DNA of 64,000 nucleotides. It comes from an uncultured virus (IMG/VR IMGVR_UViG_3300046718_000884) (lineage: Duplodnaviria; Heunggongvirae; Uroviricota; Caudoviricetes). Positions 36,360-46,067 of this stretch are shown piece by piece. Every line of letters starts with the position of its first letter. The first letter of the stretch is position 1. The DNA lies in IMG/VR virus record IMGVR_UViG_3300046718_000884; one strand, given 5' to 3'. The translations under genes were made by a program, and so were the position numbers. The notes below the pieces were generated by a model. That model was not told the origin of the DNA. It saw only the letters and a list, made by a program, of their open reading frames with translations, and made no database searches.

Positions 36360-39300
36360 TCACACCAGCCCCGTATCGACCTGCGACACGTAGTCGTAGC
36401 GCTTCAGCTCGCCCTTGATGCTCTTGGCGATACCGGCGGCATCGGTCGCGGCGGTATGCACGTGCAGATCGCCGATATGGGTCTGTGACGACTGCGAGCG
36501 ATCGACGTTGGAGGTGTTGCTCGCCATCTGGAACTCCTGCGCCGTGGTCGAGGCGCCGACCGGCGGGAGCGTCTGGCTGCCGCCGGCCCAGGAACCGCCA
36601 CCAGCGCTCGCCTGAGCGGCCACCGGGACTGGGGGTGTCAGGGTAGAGACCGCCGCCGGGGATGGCGCCAGCGGTGCCCTGGGCGGCAGCGTCTGGGGTG
36701 TTGGCGGGGTCGCCGCCGACGCGACCTGGGGCGCCGGCGAGGTGCCGTAGCGTTTGTGGATGGATTCCAGCGTCGACTGATAGTTCGACGCGGTCGCGTA
36801 GCCGCTGTGTCCCTGCGCTTCCAGCCCTTCGGCGACGGTTTTCGCCGCGAGCACGGGGGCATAATGCTTCGGGTGTCGCTTGAGGAACTCGACATAGCCG
36901 GTGGCGGCTTCCTCTTTGCTGCCGAACGTCGCGAAGCTGGCATTGATGGTATACCGCCCGCCCTTCCCCTCTTCTTGCGTCGAGACCGGCGCGCCGGCAC
37001 CGCCGACACCACCGCCCGACTTGATGCCATAGACGTTGTAGCCGCCCGGCGTGTGGGCGCCGCCGCCCGATTCCAGCGTTGCCTGCGTCGCGCCGACCTC
37101 GGCGACGACCTCGGGATGTGGCAACCCAGCCTTGACCGCCGCGTCGTAGATCAGCTTCCGCTGCTCGTCGTAAAACGCGCTCTTGCCGCCGCCGACCCCC
37201 AGGGGTGCGACGGGGCCATCGGCAGCAGCGGGCGCCCCGGCGCCCTCGCCGCCACCACCGCCGCCGCCACCCTCACCCTGACCGCCACCACCGCCGCCAC
37301 CGGGACCTCCCGGCCAGCCGGGAGCGTCAGCGGCAGGCGTGCCGATCGGTGGTAAAGCGCGTGGGGCGCCTTCGCCGATACCGGTGCCACGGCCCCACAC
37401 CGCCGTCGAAGCGGGCATTGCGGCGGCCCCACCGGCGGGAGTTGGCTGCGCCGCTGCGGCGGAACCACCAGCAGGAGCGGCCCTCGGTCCGCCGATGAAC
37501 TCAGGCACCCAGTTCGGCATCCAGCTCGGGCGTCGACTGCTGGTGTCATCATCGCCGTGTCGAGCGGCGAATTGCTGGGTCAGTGCGGCGCTCGCGAACC
37601 CGCCACCGGCGGGCGCCACAGGCCCCTCGACGGGCGTGCCGATCGGCGTCAGTGATGCCGAGCCGCCGGGCCTCGGTGCCTCTGTAGCAGCCGCTGCGGG
37701 CGTTGGTGTAGGCGCGGGTGTCGCGGAAGACGTTGGGGCGGGCGCCGTGGGCGCAGCGGCGGGCGGCGTTGGTGCCGGCGCTGTGGGCGTCGTGAAGGCC
37801 GGCGCAGCGGGTGTCGTGGGCGTTGGTGCGGGCGCTGTGGGCGTCGCGGCGGGCGGTGGTGGTGCCGGCGCTAGTGGTGCCGGCGCTGGCCCGCCACGGT
37901 TGCTCGGCGCCCACCAGTCGGACGCCGGGGCCGCTGGTGCTACCGGGTGCCCTGCTGGCTGGGCGGGTGTTGCCGAGTGCGCAGCCTCTGCCGCCTTCGC
38001 CGCCTCCTCGTCAGCCTTCTTCCCCGCCGCCGCCTGCGCCGCCGCGACGCGCTTTTCCATCTCCTCGCGGCTGATGACTTCGCCGGTCTGGCGATGGCGA
38101 TAGCTCGCGGCATTGCCGCCGCCCGCCTCAAATTCGCCGGTGACGTCCTTCACGTCGTAGCCCAGCGCGTCGGCGGCTTGGTTCGCGTGCCGCTCGGCGA
38201 GGATGTCGCTGCCTACGGCGATCCCCGCGATCACGCCCACGGTGCCGGCGCCAGCGGCGACGCTGGCGGCGGTGCCGGCGACAGCGCCGGCGGCGCCCAC
38301 AGCGCCAGCGGCAGTGCGGGCCGCGACGAGAGCGAGCAGCGCGTCCTTCAGCGATATGATCGTTTTGATAGCCGCGAAGATCTTGCTGCCGAGCCAGAAC
38401 GTCGCGAACGCTTCCATCACCATGTGCCAGCCGCCGATCGCCTGGACGGCCTCGTTGGCGACGTGGGCGATTTCACCGATCGTCGTGGCAAACTGACCGG
38501 CGCCGCCGTTGATCAGCAGATCGAAGTCACGCGCCAGGGCGAGGATCGCCTCGCCCAGTCGCTTGCCCCACTCGGTGGCCTTCTCGGTCAGCCAGTCGCG
38601 GTTCTTGTCGATCCAGCGCTCGATCCGCTCCACGATCTGGGTGATGCCGGGACCTAGTTCGCGCCAGAACGCCCTGGCCAGCCCCATGGCCGAGTTCTCG
38701 ACCTTGTCGAGCGCCGCGCTTAGCGCCAGCGCGTCCTTGGCATCTTGCGGCGTCGTGATGTTGCCCGAGCGCTGCTGATACTCCCGTTCTTTGCGGATCT
38801 CCGCGCCACCGGAAATGACCGCCGGCGCCAAGCCGGGGACGCCCATCTGCTCGACACCATATTGCCGCTGAGCGCCGGTCATCCCCTTGCGGTCAGCAGC
38901 GTCGGCCAGTACCAGGGCGATGTCGTCTGGCGACATCATTTCGCCGTCGGGGCCGATGATGTTGGCGCCGAATATCTCGCGCGCCTGCGACGGCATGTTG
39001 GATTTGCCGGTGTAGTGCCACGCCTGACGCTCGCGCGCCAACGTCGCCAGCGCGCTGGCGGTGCCCTGCGCCGTGCCGCCCAGGCGGCCCGCCATGTTCT
39101 CCCAGGTGGTCAGCGCATCGACGTCCATGCCGATGCTGCGTGCTAAATTGGAGGCCTGCTCGTTGGTCCGCAGGATGCCGCTGAACAGCCGCTCGATCGC
39201 CGAGACCGACATCGAGATCCCGAACAGCGCCAGCAGCTCGGTGGCGACGCGCTTGACGCTGTCGGCGGTCTTTCCGTAGGCCTCCTCCGCCCGGCGCGCC

Positions 39301-39605
39301 GCTTCACGCTGCACCTCGGCGGTCTGCTTCGCCGCCTCCTGCTGCTCGTGCGCGGCCTTCTTCGCCGCCGCTTCCTGCGCCGCCGCTGTCTTCTCGGCAG
39401 AATCGATCGCCTGCTCTGCCGAACGCTGCTGGGTATGCGCGGTGTTGGTCGCGGTCTTCTCGGTCTCCTGCTCGATCCTCTGCAGGGTGGCGAGAACCTG
39501 TTGCAGGAAGCTGTTGGTGGTGGCCTTGGCCTGCTCGATCCCGTCACCGAACTCGGTGGGATCGAGCTTCAGCGTCATCGTCAGTTCATCGATGATCGTC
39601 GGCAT
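36360..39605 (-). CDS. tape measure protein with GH73-like glucosaminidase domain
   Basis: MPTIIDEL N-terminus, helical body; QATLESG...NVYGIK...F.S.EE...GYATASNY. Confidence 0.82.
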   Translation of the reverse strand: MPTIIDELTMTLKLDPTEFGDGIEQAKATTNSFLQQVLATLQRIEQETEKTATNTAHTQQRSAEQAIDSAEKTAAAQEAAAKKAAHEQQEAAKQTAEVQREAARRAEEAYGKTADSVKRVATELLALFGISMSVSAIERLFSGILRTNEQASNLARSIGMDVDALTTWENMAGRLGGTAQGTASALATLARERQAWHYTGKSNMPSQAREIFGANIIGPDGEMMSPDDIALVLADAADRKGMTGAQRQYGVEQMGVPGLAPAVISGGAEIRKEREYQQRSGNITTPQDAKDALALSAALDKVENSAMGLARAFWRELGPGITQIVERIERWIDKNRDWLTEKATEWGKRLGEAILALARDFDLLINGGAGQFATTIGEIAHVANEAVQAIGGWHMVMEAFATFWLGSKIFAAIKTIISLKDALLALVAARTAAGAVGAAGAVAGTAASVAAGAGTVGVIAGIAVGSDILAERHANQAADALGYDVKDVTGEFEAGGGNAASYRHRQTGEVISREEMEKRVAAAQAAAGKKADEEAAKAAEAAHSATPAQPAGHPVAPAAPASDWWAPSNRGGPAPAPLAPAPPPPAATPTAPAPTPTTPAAPAFTTPTAPAPTPPAAAPTAPAPTSSATPAPTPTPAAAATEAPRPGGSASLTPIGTPVEGPVAPAGGGFASAALTQQFAARHGDDDTSSRRPSWMPNWVPEFIGGPRAAPAGGSAAAAQPTPAGGAAAMPASTAVWGRGTGIGEGAPRALPPIGTPAADAPGWPGGPGGGGGGGQGEGGGGGGGGEGAGAPAAADGPVAPLGVGGGKSAFYDEQRKLIYDAAVKAGLPHPEVVAEVGATQATLESGGGAHTPGGYNVYGIKSGGGVGGAGAPVSTQEEGKGGRYTINASFATFGSKEEAATGYVEFLKRHPKHYAPVLAAKTVAEGLEAQGHSGYATASNYQSTLESIHKRYGTSPAPQVASAATPPTPQTLPPRAPLAPSPAAVSTLTPPVPVAAQASAGGGSWAGGSQTLPPVGASTTAQEFQMASNTSNVDRSQSSQTHIGDLHVHTAATDAAGIAKSIKGELKRYDYVSQVDTGLV

Positions 39606-39638
39606 GCGGCCCTCGCTATCAGACCGCGTCGGTCGCTG

Positions 39639-40592
39639 TCAGATCGGGTTCACCGACGCCATGATCGTGGAGAACCACGGACCGTTCGGCATCTCGCTTT
39701 CAAGCGTGTAGGTGTATGAATAGGTCAGGTAATACCAGATGTCGCCCGGCTTGTCGGGGGTGTCGCCGCCGTTGAACAACTGGCTCTGCACGCCGATCTT
39801 CTTGCCGCCCAGCAGCACTTTGCGGAACAGGCACGTGAAGATGATGCCCTTCTCGTTGAAGGTCGGGTAATCCTTCAGGCCGTTCTGCGGAGTGAACAGC
39901 GGCACGTCCTGCCCGGCGGCGCGCTCCTTGTTGCGCTCCCAGATGGCAAGCACGTTGTTCTCCAGCGTGAAGTTGATACCGGAATGCTCGGCGATGCGCC
40001 TGATCTGCTGCAAGACCGTGCCGGGATAATAGATATCGCGCAGCTTGGCCTGCACGCCGCCGGCGTCTTCGAAATGGGCACCCATCCGCTGGGCGAGCTG
40101 CTGCATGGTGCTCGACACGTCGACCGTGCCCTGGATGCTGACCGGCGGCGCCGGCTTGATGGCGGCGAGACCACCCTCATAACCGGTGACCTGCAGCGCC
40201 ACGTCGGGCTGCGACGTGCCGTCGAAATAGGCGTCGTAGATGTTGCCGTAGAACACCTGGGTCATGCCGGCGAGATCGTCGCCCGCCTCGACAATGACGC
40301 GGTTGTCGCGGGTGCCGTCGTATTTCCGACCGAAGGTGAGCACCTTCTGCATGTCGCTCAGCTTCATGCCCCAGATGCGAAGGTTCAGCGCCGTCTGCTG
40401 GCCGAGCGCGCCCTTGGTGATGGTTGCCTGGGCGCGATAGCCGCGCAGGGTGATGGTGTTATGGCCACTCTCGCCGAACTGTCCGGTGCCCATCGAGAAG
40501 GTGATGTCGAGCTTTCGCCTGATATAGGGGACCGCCGATGCGAACGCCCCCTCTGTGTCGGCGGCGGTGAATTGCGCGGAGGCGTCGGACAT
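39639..40592 (-). CDS. baseplate hub protein
   Basis: LRIWGMKLSDM...VIVEAGD...VFYGNI..AY.D...PDV...LESEMPNGPWF. Confidence 0.72.
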   Translation of the reverse strand: MSDASAQFTAADTEGAFASAVPYIRRKLDITFSMGTGQFGESGHNTITLRGYRAQATITKGALGQQTALNLRIWGMKLSDMQKVLTFGRKYDGTRDNRVIVEAGDDLAGMTQVFYGNIYDAYFDGTSQPDVALQVTGYEGGLAAIKPAPPVSIQGTVDVSSTMQQLAQRMGAHFEDAGGVQAKLRDIYYPGTVLQQIRRIAEHSGINFTLENNVLAIWERNKERAAGQDVPLFTPQNGLKDYPTFNEKGIIFTCLFRKVLLGGKKIGVQSQLFNGGDTPDKPGDIWYYLTYSYTYTLESEMPNGPWFSTIMASVNPI

Positions 40593-40595
40593 CGG

Positions 40596-41267
40596 CTACA
40601 CCGTCGGTGGCGCGGTGCTGCCGAGGCCGCCCTGCACACCACCATGGACATGCGTGTTGTCGATGTGCTTGCCGTTGCTGGTGATGGTGCCGCCGGTCTG
40701 CTCGATCGGACCGACGATCTTGATCGCCGCCGCGTTGATGGTCAGCGTGCCGGTCGCGGTGATCGCCATGTCCTTCTTGGTCAGCAGCGCCATGCCGTCA
40801 TCGGTGAATTGCACATACTGCTCCGGCGCCTGCTTGGCGATCACCGTGCCGATATAGAGCGCGTCGGCCAGATCGTGGCGGCGCAGCGATCCCGGCGTCG
40901 AGGCGTCGCCCTTGTTGGCCTTGACCGCGCTGATGTCGCGCGAGGCGCAGACGATGACCCCGATATCACCCACCTTGGGGTCCATGATGATGCCGTTGGC
41001 GCCGGTCTGCGCACGGTGATACGGGATGTTGAAGATCGTGCCGTGCGGATGGGCGTTGCCGTCGCCGTCGATCTGATGCACCAGCAATTGCACGTCGATC
41101 GTGCCGGGTGGTGCCACCTCGCCGTTGCTGCGCGCACTGACCACGGTGACCACCGCCGATGTCGCGACCTCGGACAGCACGCTGTCGACCATGAAGCGCA
41201 GCGCGGTGGCCTCGGAGCCGATGCCCTTGGCGCCGCGAAATCCGGTATAGCCATCCGAGCCTGACAT
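40596..41267 (-). CDS. baseplate spike (Gp138-like)
   Basis: IIMDPKVGDIG...ASRDIS...PGSLRRHDLADALY; C-terminal HxH (THVHGGV). Confidence 0.82.
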   Translation of the reverse strand: MSGSDGYTGFRGAKGIGSEATALRFMVDSVLSEVATSAVVTVVSARSNGEVAPPGTIDVQLLVHQIDGDGNAHPHGTIFNIPYHRAQTGANGIIMDPKVGDIGVIVCASRDISAVKANKGDASTPGSLRRHDLADALYIGTVIAKQAPEQYVQFTDDGMALLTKKDMAITATGTLTINAAAIKIVGPIEQTGGTITSNGKHIDNTHVHGGVQGGLGSTAPPTV

Positions 41268-41522
41268 CTAGCGCTCCTGGTCGCGTGTCGCCCATCGCGT
41301 GGCAAGCTGATGGTTGAAGTTGTCGACCCTGATCACCTCTGACAGCTTATAGAGATCCGCAACCCCGTAGACGGTGTCAAGCTGGTTTAGCGTGGCGAGC
41401 TTGGCCGAGATCACCGCCCCGAGCGCGCCGCTGCCAAGGTTGCGATATTCTGACCAGATGGGTTGCTCGCCTCCGACGTATCCGCTGTCGAGGTCCAGAA
41501 CCTGCCGCGCACGGAAAAACCC
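41268..41522 (-). CDS. C-terminal part of frameshifted tail assembly chaperone
   Basis: -1 frame after slippery G GGT TTT; AVISAKLATLNQLDTVYGVADLY; no ATG of its own in this segment. Confidence 0.68.
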   Translation of the reverse strand, partial: GFFRARQVLDLDSGYVGGEQPIWSEYRNLGSGALGAVISAKLATLNQLDTVYGVADLYKLSEVIRVDNFNHQLATRWATRDQER

Positions 41523-41905
41523 AGATGGGTGTCGAACCACGCCTCCCGCAGCGTCATCAGCGTGGTGAGTTCTTCGATGTCGTCGTTGATGATCAATTGC
41601 CGCACGATGTTGGATCGCTCGGGGTTGGGCTGGTAGGTGACGCACGCCATCATCTCGTCCAGCAGCGGCTTGCACACCGTCCAGTCGATGCCGCCGATGC
41701 CATGCACGGCGATCCACGCGGCACAGCCTTCGAAGCCCATCTGGAAGAACCCCGGCGGCACGTTGGTGTTGCCGGCAGCGAACATGGTCAGCAGCCGACC
41801 CGCCCAGTATTCCGCGTCGGTCGCGGCCATCTCGGTGATCCAGAACACCTTGCCTTTGTCGCGCCCCTCGCGCTCGATCACCACGCGATCGCGCCGGCGC
41901 GCCAT
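41411..41905 (-). CDS. tail assembly chaperone
   Basis: GRDKGKVFWITEMAA..AE.W...LLDEMM.CV...DIEE..TL..LR; directly after tube gene. Confidence 0.75.
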   Translation of the reverse strand: MARRRDRVVIEREGRDKGKVFWITEMAATDAEYWAGRLLTMFAAGNTNVPPGFFQMGFEGCAAWIAVHGIGGIDWTVCKPLLDEMMACVTYQPNPERSNIVRQLIINDDIEELTTLMTLREAWFDTHLGFSVRGRFWTSTADTSEASNPSGQNIATLAAARSGR

Positions 41906-42369
41906 TAAAGAAGCTGCTCCACAGCCGCCGGCAGCGCGCTGAGCGGCACCGTCGTGATGCTCTGCCACGTGATCGAGAACCGGCGCGGCTGCAGGATGCG
42001 CCGCGCATCGGCCATCGGCGGATAGTTGGTGAGGAACCCTTTGACGCAGTGGAACGCCCGGGACACCGACTGCAGCGTGATATGCGCGTCGGCGACGAGC
42101 ACCTCGCGTGCCGCCTCCTGCGCCGCATACCAATTGTCGAACAGGTCGTTCGACCGGCTGTCCGCCTGCAGCGCGATGGTCTGCACCTTGGGCTGCGGCG
42201 TCCAACCGCCCGACAGGTAACCATCGACGCCCATCAACGTCTCCACCGGTGCCACCAGGGCATGCGAGAAGATGTCGTCGGCGGCGAACCCGTGCAATTG
42301 TTGCGGCGTGTCATACAGGGTCGGTATCGCGATCATGAACACCGCGTTGGCGGCAGTGATAGTTGCCAC
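41905..42369 (-). CDS. tail tube protein
   Basis: TITAANA...LHGFAADD...MGVDGYLSGG...LQADS; follows sheath. Confidence 0.78.
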   Translation of the reverse strand: MATITAANAVFMIAIPTLYDTPQQLHGFAADDIFSHALVAPVETLMGVDGYLSGGWTPQPKVQTIALQADSRSNDLFDNWYAAQEAAREVLVADAHITLQSVSRAFHCVKGFLTNYPPMADARRILQPRRFSITWQSITTVPLSALPAAVEQLL

Positions 42370-42400
42370 GGTAACCTCCTTACCCGCGCGAGCGGTGCTA

Positions 42401-44227
42401 TTATTGGACCATCACTGACGCGAGGGTGAGCCGCTGGATGCTGCCGCCGTCCATATACCAGAACGTCATGGGCGGCGTGCCACGGGAGACACGAACCTCC
42501 GGCGGTGGATCGAGAACCTGCAGGTAGTAACCGTTGGACTGGAGGATGCGATCGATCTCCACGCCCGCCATGGTGTTGACCTCGGCAACCTGCGCCTGCG
42601 ACAACACCACGCCGATGCGGATCGCGCCGAAATTCACCGCGCGATTGATCACGTCCTGGCACGCCGCCTTGATCATGGTGTAGCCGACCTGATTGTAGGG
42701 GATCGACCCCGCCTGGGTGAGCAGGTCCATCAAGGCGAGTTGGAACGCGTTGTTCATCCAGATCTGGTTGACGTAGCTGTCGATCCAGCGATAGGGGCCG
42801 GACACCAACCCGGGATACAGGAAGCGGAACAGATCGTTCGCCGTCGTCCAGATGCCGTAGTAGTTGTAGAAATTGGATTCCAGGTTGGAGGCAACCGCAC
42901 CGCTGGTGACCTCGGGCACGATGCCGGTCTGGCCACGGAACGCCAGGGTCTTGCGACCGTTGAGGCGATTGAAATCGATCGCCGCGATGGTGCCCATGGT
43001 GAACATCGCGAGGTTGCGACCATTGGTGACCGACGTCGATGAGATCGGCACCGTGCCGGATGTCAGGTTGGTGTTGAGGATGCGCCCCAGGCTGCTCTGC
43101 GCGTTAGGCGAGACGGTCGGCGAGCGGTCGAGGTCCCACGCGACATAGAGATAGTTGTTCTGCTGCAGATTGGTCCAGGCGGCAAACTGCTGCTTGTAGG
43201 TGTTGGTGGTGCCGGCAACGGCATCAATGTCGAAGTCAGTGGTGAATGACGCCCAGTTCTGCGTCAGCTTCAGTATGTTGTCCATACAAGCCGCCACCGA
43301 ATCCAGCGGGCGTCCCCCAGACGTCCACGACATGCCCATCGGCTGCAGACGCGCGCCGGTGGACTGCGACAGGCCGATCTGGGTTGCCAGATTGCCGGAC
43401 CACCCGGTCAGATGCGACATGGTCGGCACGCGCGTAGTGGTGTCGGTGTTGGGGGCCAGGAATGGTGCGACGGCGATCATGAACTGGAAGGTCGCGCTAT
43501 CCCAGGTGCAGCAGTTGACATACGCTTTGATCGTTATGGGTGTGGTAATGTTCAGCGTGCGGTTGATGGTGAAAGTGCCGGTCAACCAGTTATCCGTCGT
43601 GGCGATGCCGTTTATGATGTAGGTGCCGGCGGGAATGCCGGGACCGGTGATCGGCGATCCAGCCTGGAAACTTCCGCCGACGGCACCGTGCGAGATGATC
43701 CTGAGCGTAGTGCCACTGATCGTGCCGCTGGCTTGGGTGATCATCGGGGAGCCATAATACGGGATAGCGGCACCGATCATCTGCGCCGCCATCGAGAACG
43801 ATGTGGCGCTCGCCAGGGTGATGGGCTGGCTGGTCAGGCTAACGCCGTCCATCATCAGGGTGATCGTGGAGTTCGCCTGCGTCGCCTGGAGCTGCGGCAG
43901 CGTCATGGCCGGCAATTGCGCCGATCGCAGCCACGCCGGCAGCCAACGGCCACCGCCGGTCCAGGTGGCCATCAGCAGCGCGCCAGGGCGCTTGGTGGCA
44001 TTGATGTCAGCAAGGAAATACGTGCCGGCCAGCATCGAGATGTAGCTGGTCGGGCCGAAGAATGCCTGCACCGACGTCAGGTCAGGGAACGAATAGACCT
44101 GATCGATTGGAATGTGGTTATCGTAGGTGATCACCAACCCAAGCAGATCGAGGCCGACGCCACCCGCGTTGAGAACGGACGGAACGACAGAGACGATTTG
44201 ACCGGCGGGAATCGCAGAACCGCTCAT
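42401..44227 (-). CDS. tail sheath protein (DUF3383-like)
   Basis: IPAGQIVSVVPSVL.AGG...AFRGQ.G...WIDSYVNQIW...IPYN..G...FWYMDGGSIQ. Confidence 0.85.
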   Translation of the reverse strand: MSGSAIPAGQIVSVVPSVLNAGGVGLDLLGLVITYDNHIPIDQVYSFPDLTSVQAFFGPTSYISMLAGTYFLADINATKRPGALLMATWTGGGRWLPAWLRSAQLPAMTLPQLQATQANSTITLMMDGVSLTSQPITLASATSFSMAAQMIGAAIPYYGSPMITQASGTISGTTLRIISHGAVGGSFQAGSPITGPGIPAGTYIINGIATTDNWLTGTFTINRTLNITTPITIKAYVNCCTWDSATFQFMIAVAPFLAPNTDTTTRVPTMSHLTGWSGNLATQIGLSQSTGARLQPMGMSWTSGGRPLDSVAACMDNILKLTQNWASFTTDFDIDAVAGTTNTYKQQFAAWTNLQQNNYLYVAWDLDRSPTVSPNAQSSLGRILNTNLTSGTVPISSTSVTNGRNLAMFTMGTIAAIDFNRLNGRKTLAFRGQTGIVPEVTSGAVASNLESNFYNYYGIWTTANDLFRFLYPGLVSGPYRWIDSYVNQIWMNNAFQLALMDLLTQAGSIPYNQVGYTMIKAACQDVINRAVNFGAIRIGVVLSQAQVAEVNTMAGVEIDRILQSNGYYLQVLDPPPEVRVSRGTPPMTFWYMDGGSIQRLTLASVMVQ

Positions 44228-44287
44228 GGCGCGAGGCTCCTCTGGTATGTCGGGGAAATACGCGCGGCGTGACGCGACGCGGTCGGA

Positions 44288-45028
44288 TCAGGGGGTGTGC
44301 GGGGTCACTTGCGGCATCGTCACCACATCGACCGAATAGATGCCGAGCCTCAGTTGGTCGGCGAACTCCTGATCGAGCGAGACGACGAGATTGACCTGGG
44401 TGTGCAGATCAACGATCCAGCGGTCTTCCCACTGTGACTCGGCATTGGGGAACGGCACCATGCGCGGATCTTCGGCATAGAGCGGTGTCATGCCGTAGGG
44501 TTGCGACGCCTGCGCCAGGAGCTGGCAGCCCCGTTCGTCACGCCACGTGGTCTGGATCGCCAGCGCGTTCATGTTGCCGTTGGGACCATGCACGTCGCAC
44601 TGATAGACCACGTCCATCGGCTGCAGCATGGTGTGCCGCCCGGCATAGATATTACTGCCTGCCGCGACCATCTGCGGCGGCGCCACGGTGTAGCTCCCGG
44701 GGGTCTCCAACACGGCGGTGACCACGCTGCCAGGAACCATCACCGAGCCGTAGAGCAGGTATCCCGGCAATAGCTTTGGGCCGGAGGTCACGGTCAGCGT
44801 GTCGTTGACGATGCCACCGATCAGATGAAGATCCGCGTCGGCGTCGACATTGGTCGACAGCCGTTCGCGTCGCAGCGTGGTCAGCACGCAGAAGTCCGGC
44901 GACAGCGGTTCCGGCACCCGGTTGCCATAGGCGCGGATCACCTCGACGCCGGTTGGCAGGATGCCGAGCAGCACCGCGCGCACCGCTGTCATGATCTCGG
45001 TGTCGCCGATACTGACCAGGGCTGGCAT
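44288..45028 (-). CDS. tail completion/neck terminator protein
   Basis: EVIRAYGNRVPEP...RLSTN...QCDVHGP...PLYAEDP...QWEDRW. Confidence 0.72.
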   Translation of the reverse strand: MPALVSIGDTEIMTAVRAVLLGILPTGVEVIRAYGNRVPEPLSPDFCVLTTLRRERLSTNVDADADLHLIGGIVNDTLTVTSGPKLLPGYLLYGSVMVPGSVVTAVLETPGSYTVAPPQMVAAGSNIYAGRHTMLQPMDVVYQCDVHGPNGNMNALAIQTTWRDERGCQLLAQASQPYGMTPLYAEDPRMVPFPNAESQWEDRWIVDLHTQVNLVVSLDQEFADQLRLGIYSVDVVTMPQVTPHTP

Positions 45029-45285
45029 CAGTCCTCGTCGTCGCGCTTGGTAGTGGCGAAGCCGGGGACCGCCGCATTCGGCGTGGTCACCAGCATTGGC
45101 TGCTGGTCCTTGGCACCGTAGTAGATGTCCTTGCCGCGTTTGGCACCGTAGAGCGGACGGATGGAATCGACGCCCGAGATGGTGCCCTTGTTGCGCGACG
45201 CATAGAACACCTCCTCGCCCTTCTCGGGTCCGTAGGTGTCTTCCATGTTCGCCTTGATCTTGGCGCCCTTCTCGGTCAGCGGCAT
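45028..45285 (-). CDS. conserved small phage protein
   Basis: MPLTEKGAKIKANMEDTYGPEKGEEVFYASRNKGTISGV. Confidence 0.65.
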   Translation of the reverse strand: MPLTEKGAKIKANMEDTYGPEKGEEVFYASRNKGTISGVDSIRPLYGAKRGKDIYYGAKDQQPMLVTTPNAAVPGFATTKRDDED

Positions 45286-45287
45286 CG

Positions 45288-45725
45288 CTACAGCTTCAGC
45301 CGGATCGCGCGGCGCAGGCCGTCATCGAGATGGCCGACCAGACGTGGTCGCGGGAAGTAAAGCGGATTGACCACAGGCGTGTCATCCGGCACCACCGGCG
45401 GTGCCTGCATGACGATCTCGGACGCCCAGGCCGGACCCATCCGCAGCCAGTGATAGATCAGCCGCTGCTTGATGTCGTCCGGCACATAGTCGTCCGCCGC
45501 GAAGTCCGCCGGCCACTCGGGAGCCGGTGGCGCTTCGACCTCGACCGCCGTCACCTCTGGCGCCGCCTCCACCACCGGCGCGGGGGCTGGCGCGGGGGCG
45601 ACGTAGACGACCGGCAGATACTCGACCTTCGCCTCGGTGATGAGCCTCAGGTCAAGGAAGTCCTGGGTCGCCTCCTTGAGCTGGACGACCGGCTCGACCG
45701 GCTCGACCGGTGCGGTGTCGCTCAC
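45288..45725 (-). CDS. hypothetical protein (Pro/Ala-rich)
   Basis: GTG start; coding-like codon usage. Confidence 0.55.
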   Translation of the reverse strand: MSDTAPVEPVEPVVQLKEATQDFLDLRLITEAKVEYLPVVYVAPAPAPAPVVEAAPEVTAVEVEAPPAPEWPADFAADDYVPDDIKQRLIYHWLRMGPAWASEIVMQAPPVVPDDTPVVNPLYFPRPRLVGHLDDGLRRAIRLKL

Positions 45726-45729
45726 GAGG

Positions 45730-46041
45730 TTATCCGAGCACGGTCCACGTGCCATCGCCGCCCGAGAGATACAGCACCGCGCCTACCGTGCCGCTGGAAT
45801 CGGTGTAGAGCGAGCCGATCTGATCGAACCCCGGCGTCGCGCCACCGGGCGCGCCCTGGCCGACCGAGATCACCATCGAGATCGGCGGCGTGCCGATGTT
45901 CACCGCACCGCTGGCTGATGCGGCACCGACGGTCTCCTGCAGCGCGGAAATTTCGCCGGCGATGGTTGTGAAATTGGCGCGGACATCGGCGGTGTAGGCC
46001 TCGCCGCTCGCCGGCTTGGTAACGTCGACCATGGAAGGCAT
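45730..46041 (-). CDS. hypothetical virion-associated protein
   Basis: GGAG SD; DVTKPASG..YTADVRANF. Confidence 0.6.
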   Translation of the reverse strand: MPSMVDVTKPASGEAYTADVRANFTTIAGEISALQETVGAASASGAVNIGTPPISMVISVGQGAPGGATPGFDQIGSLYTDSSGTVGAVLYLSGGDGTWTVLG

Positions 46042-46067
46042 TGCTGTTCTCCGTTGCTACAGGATGG

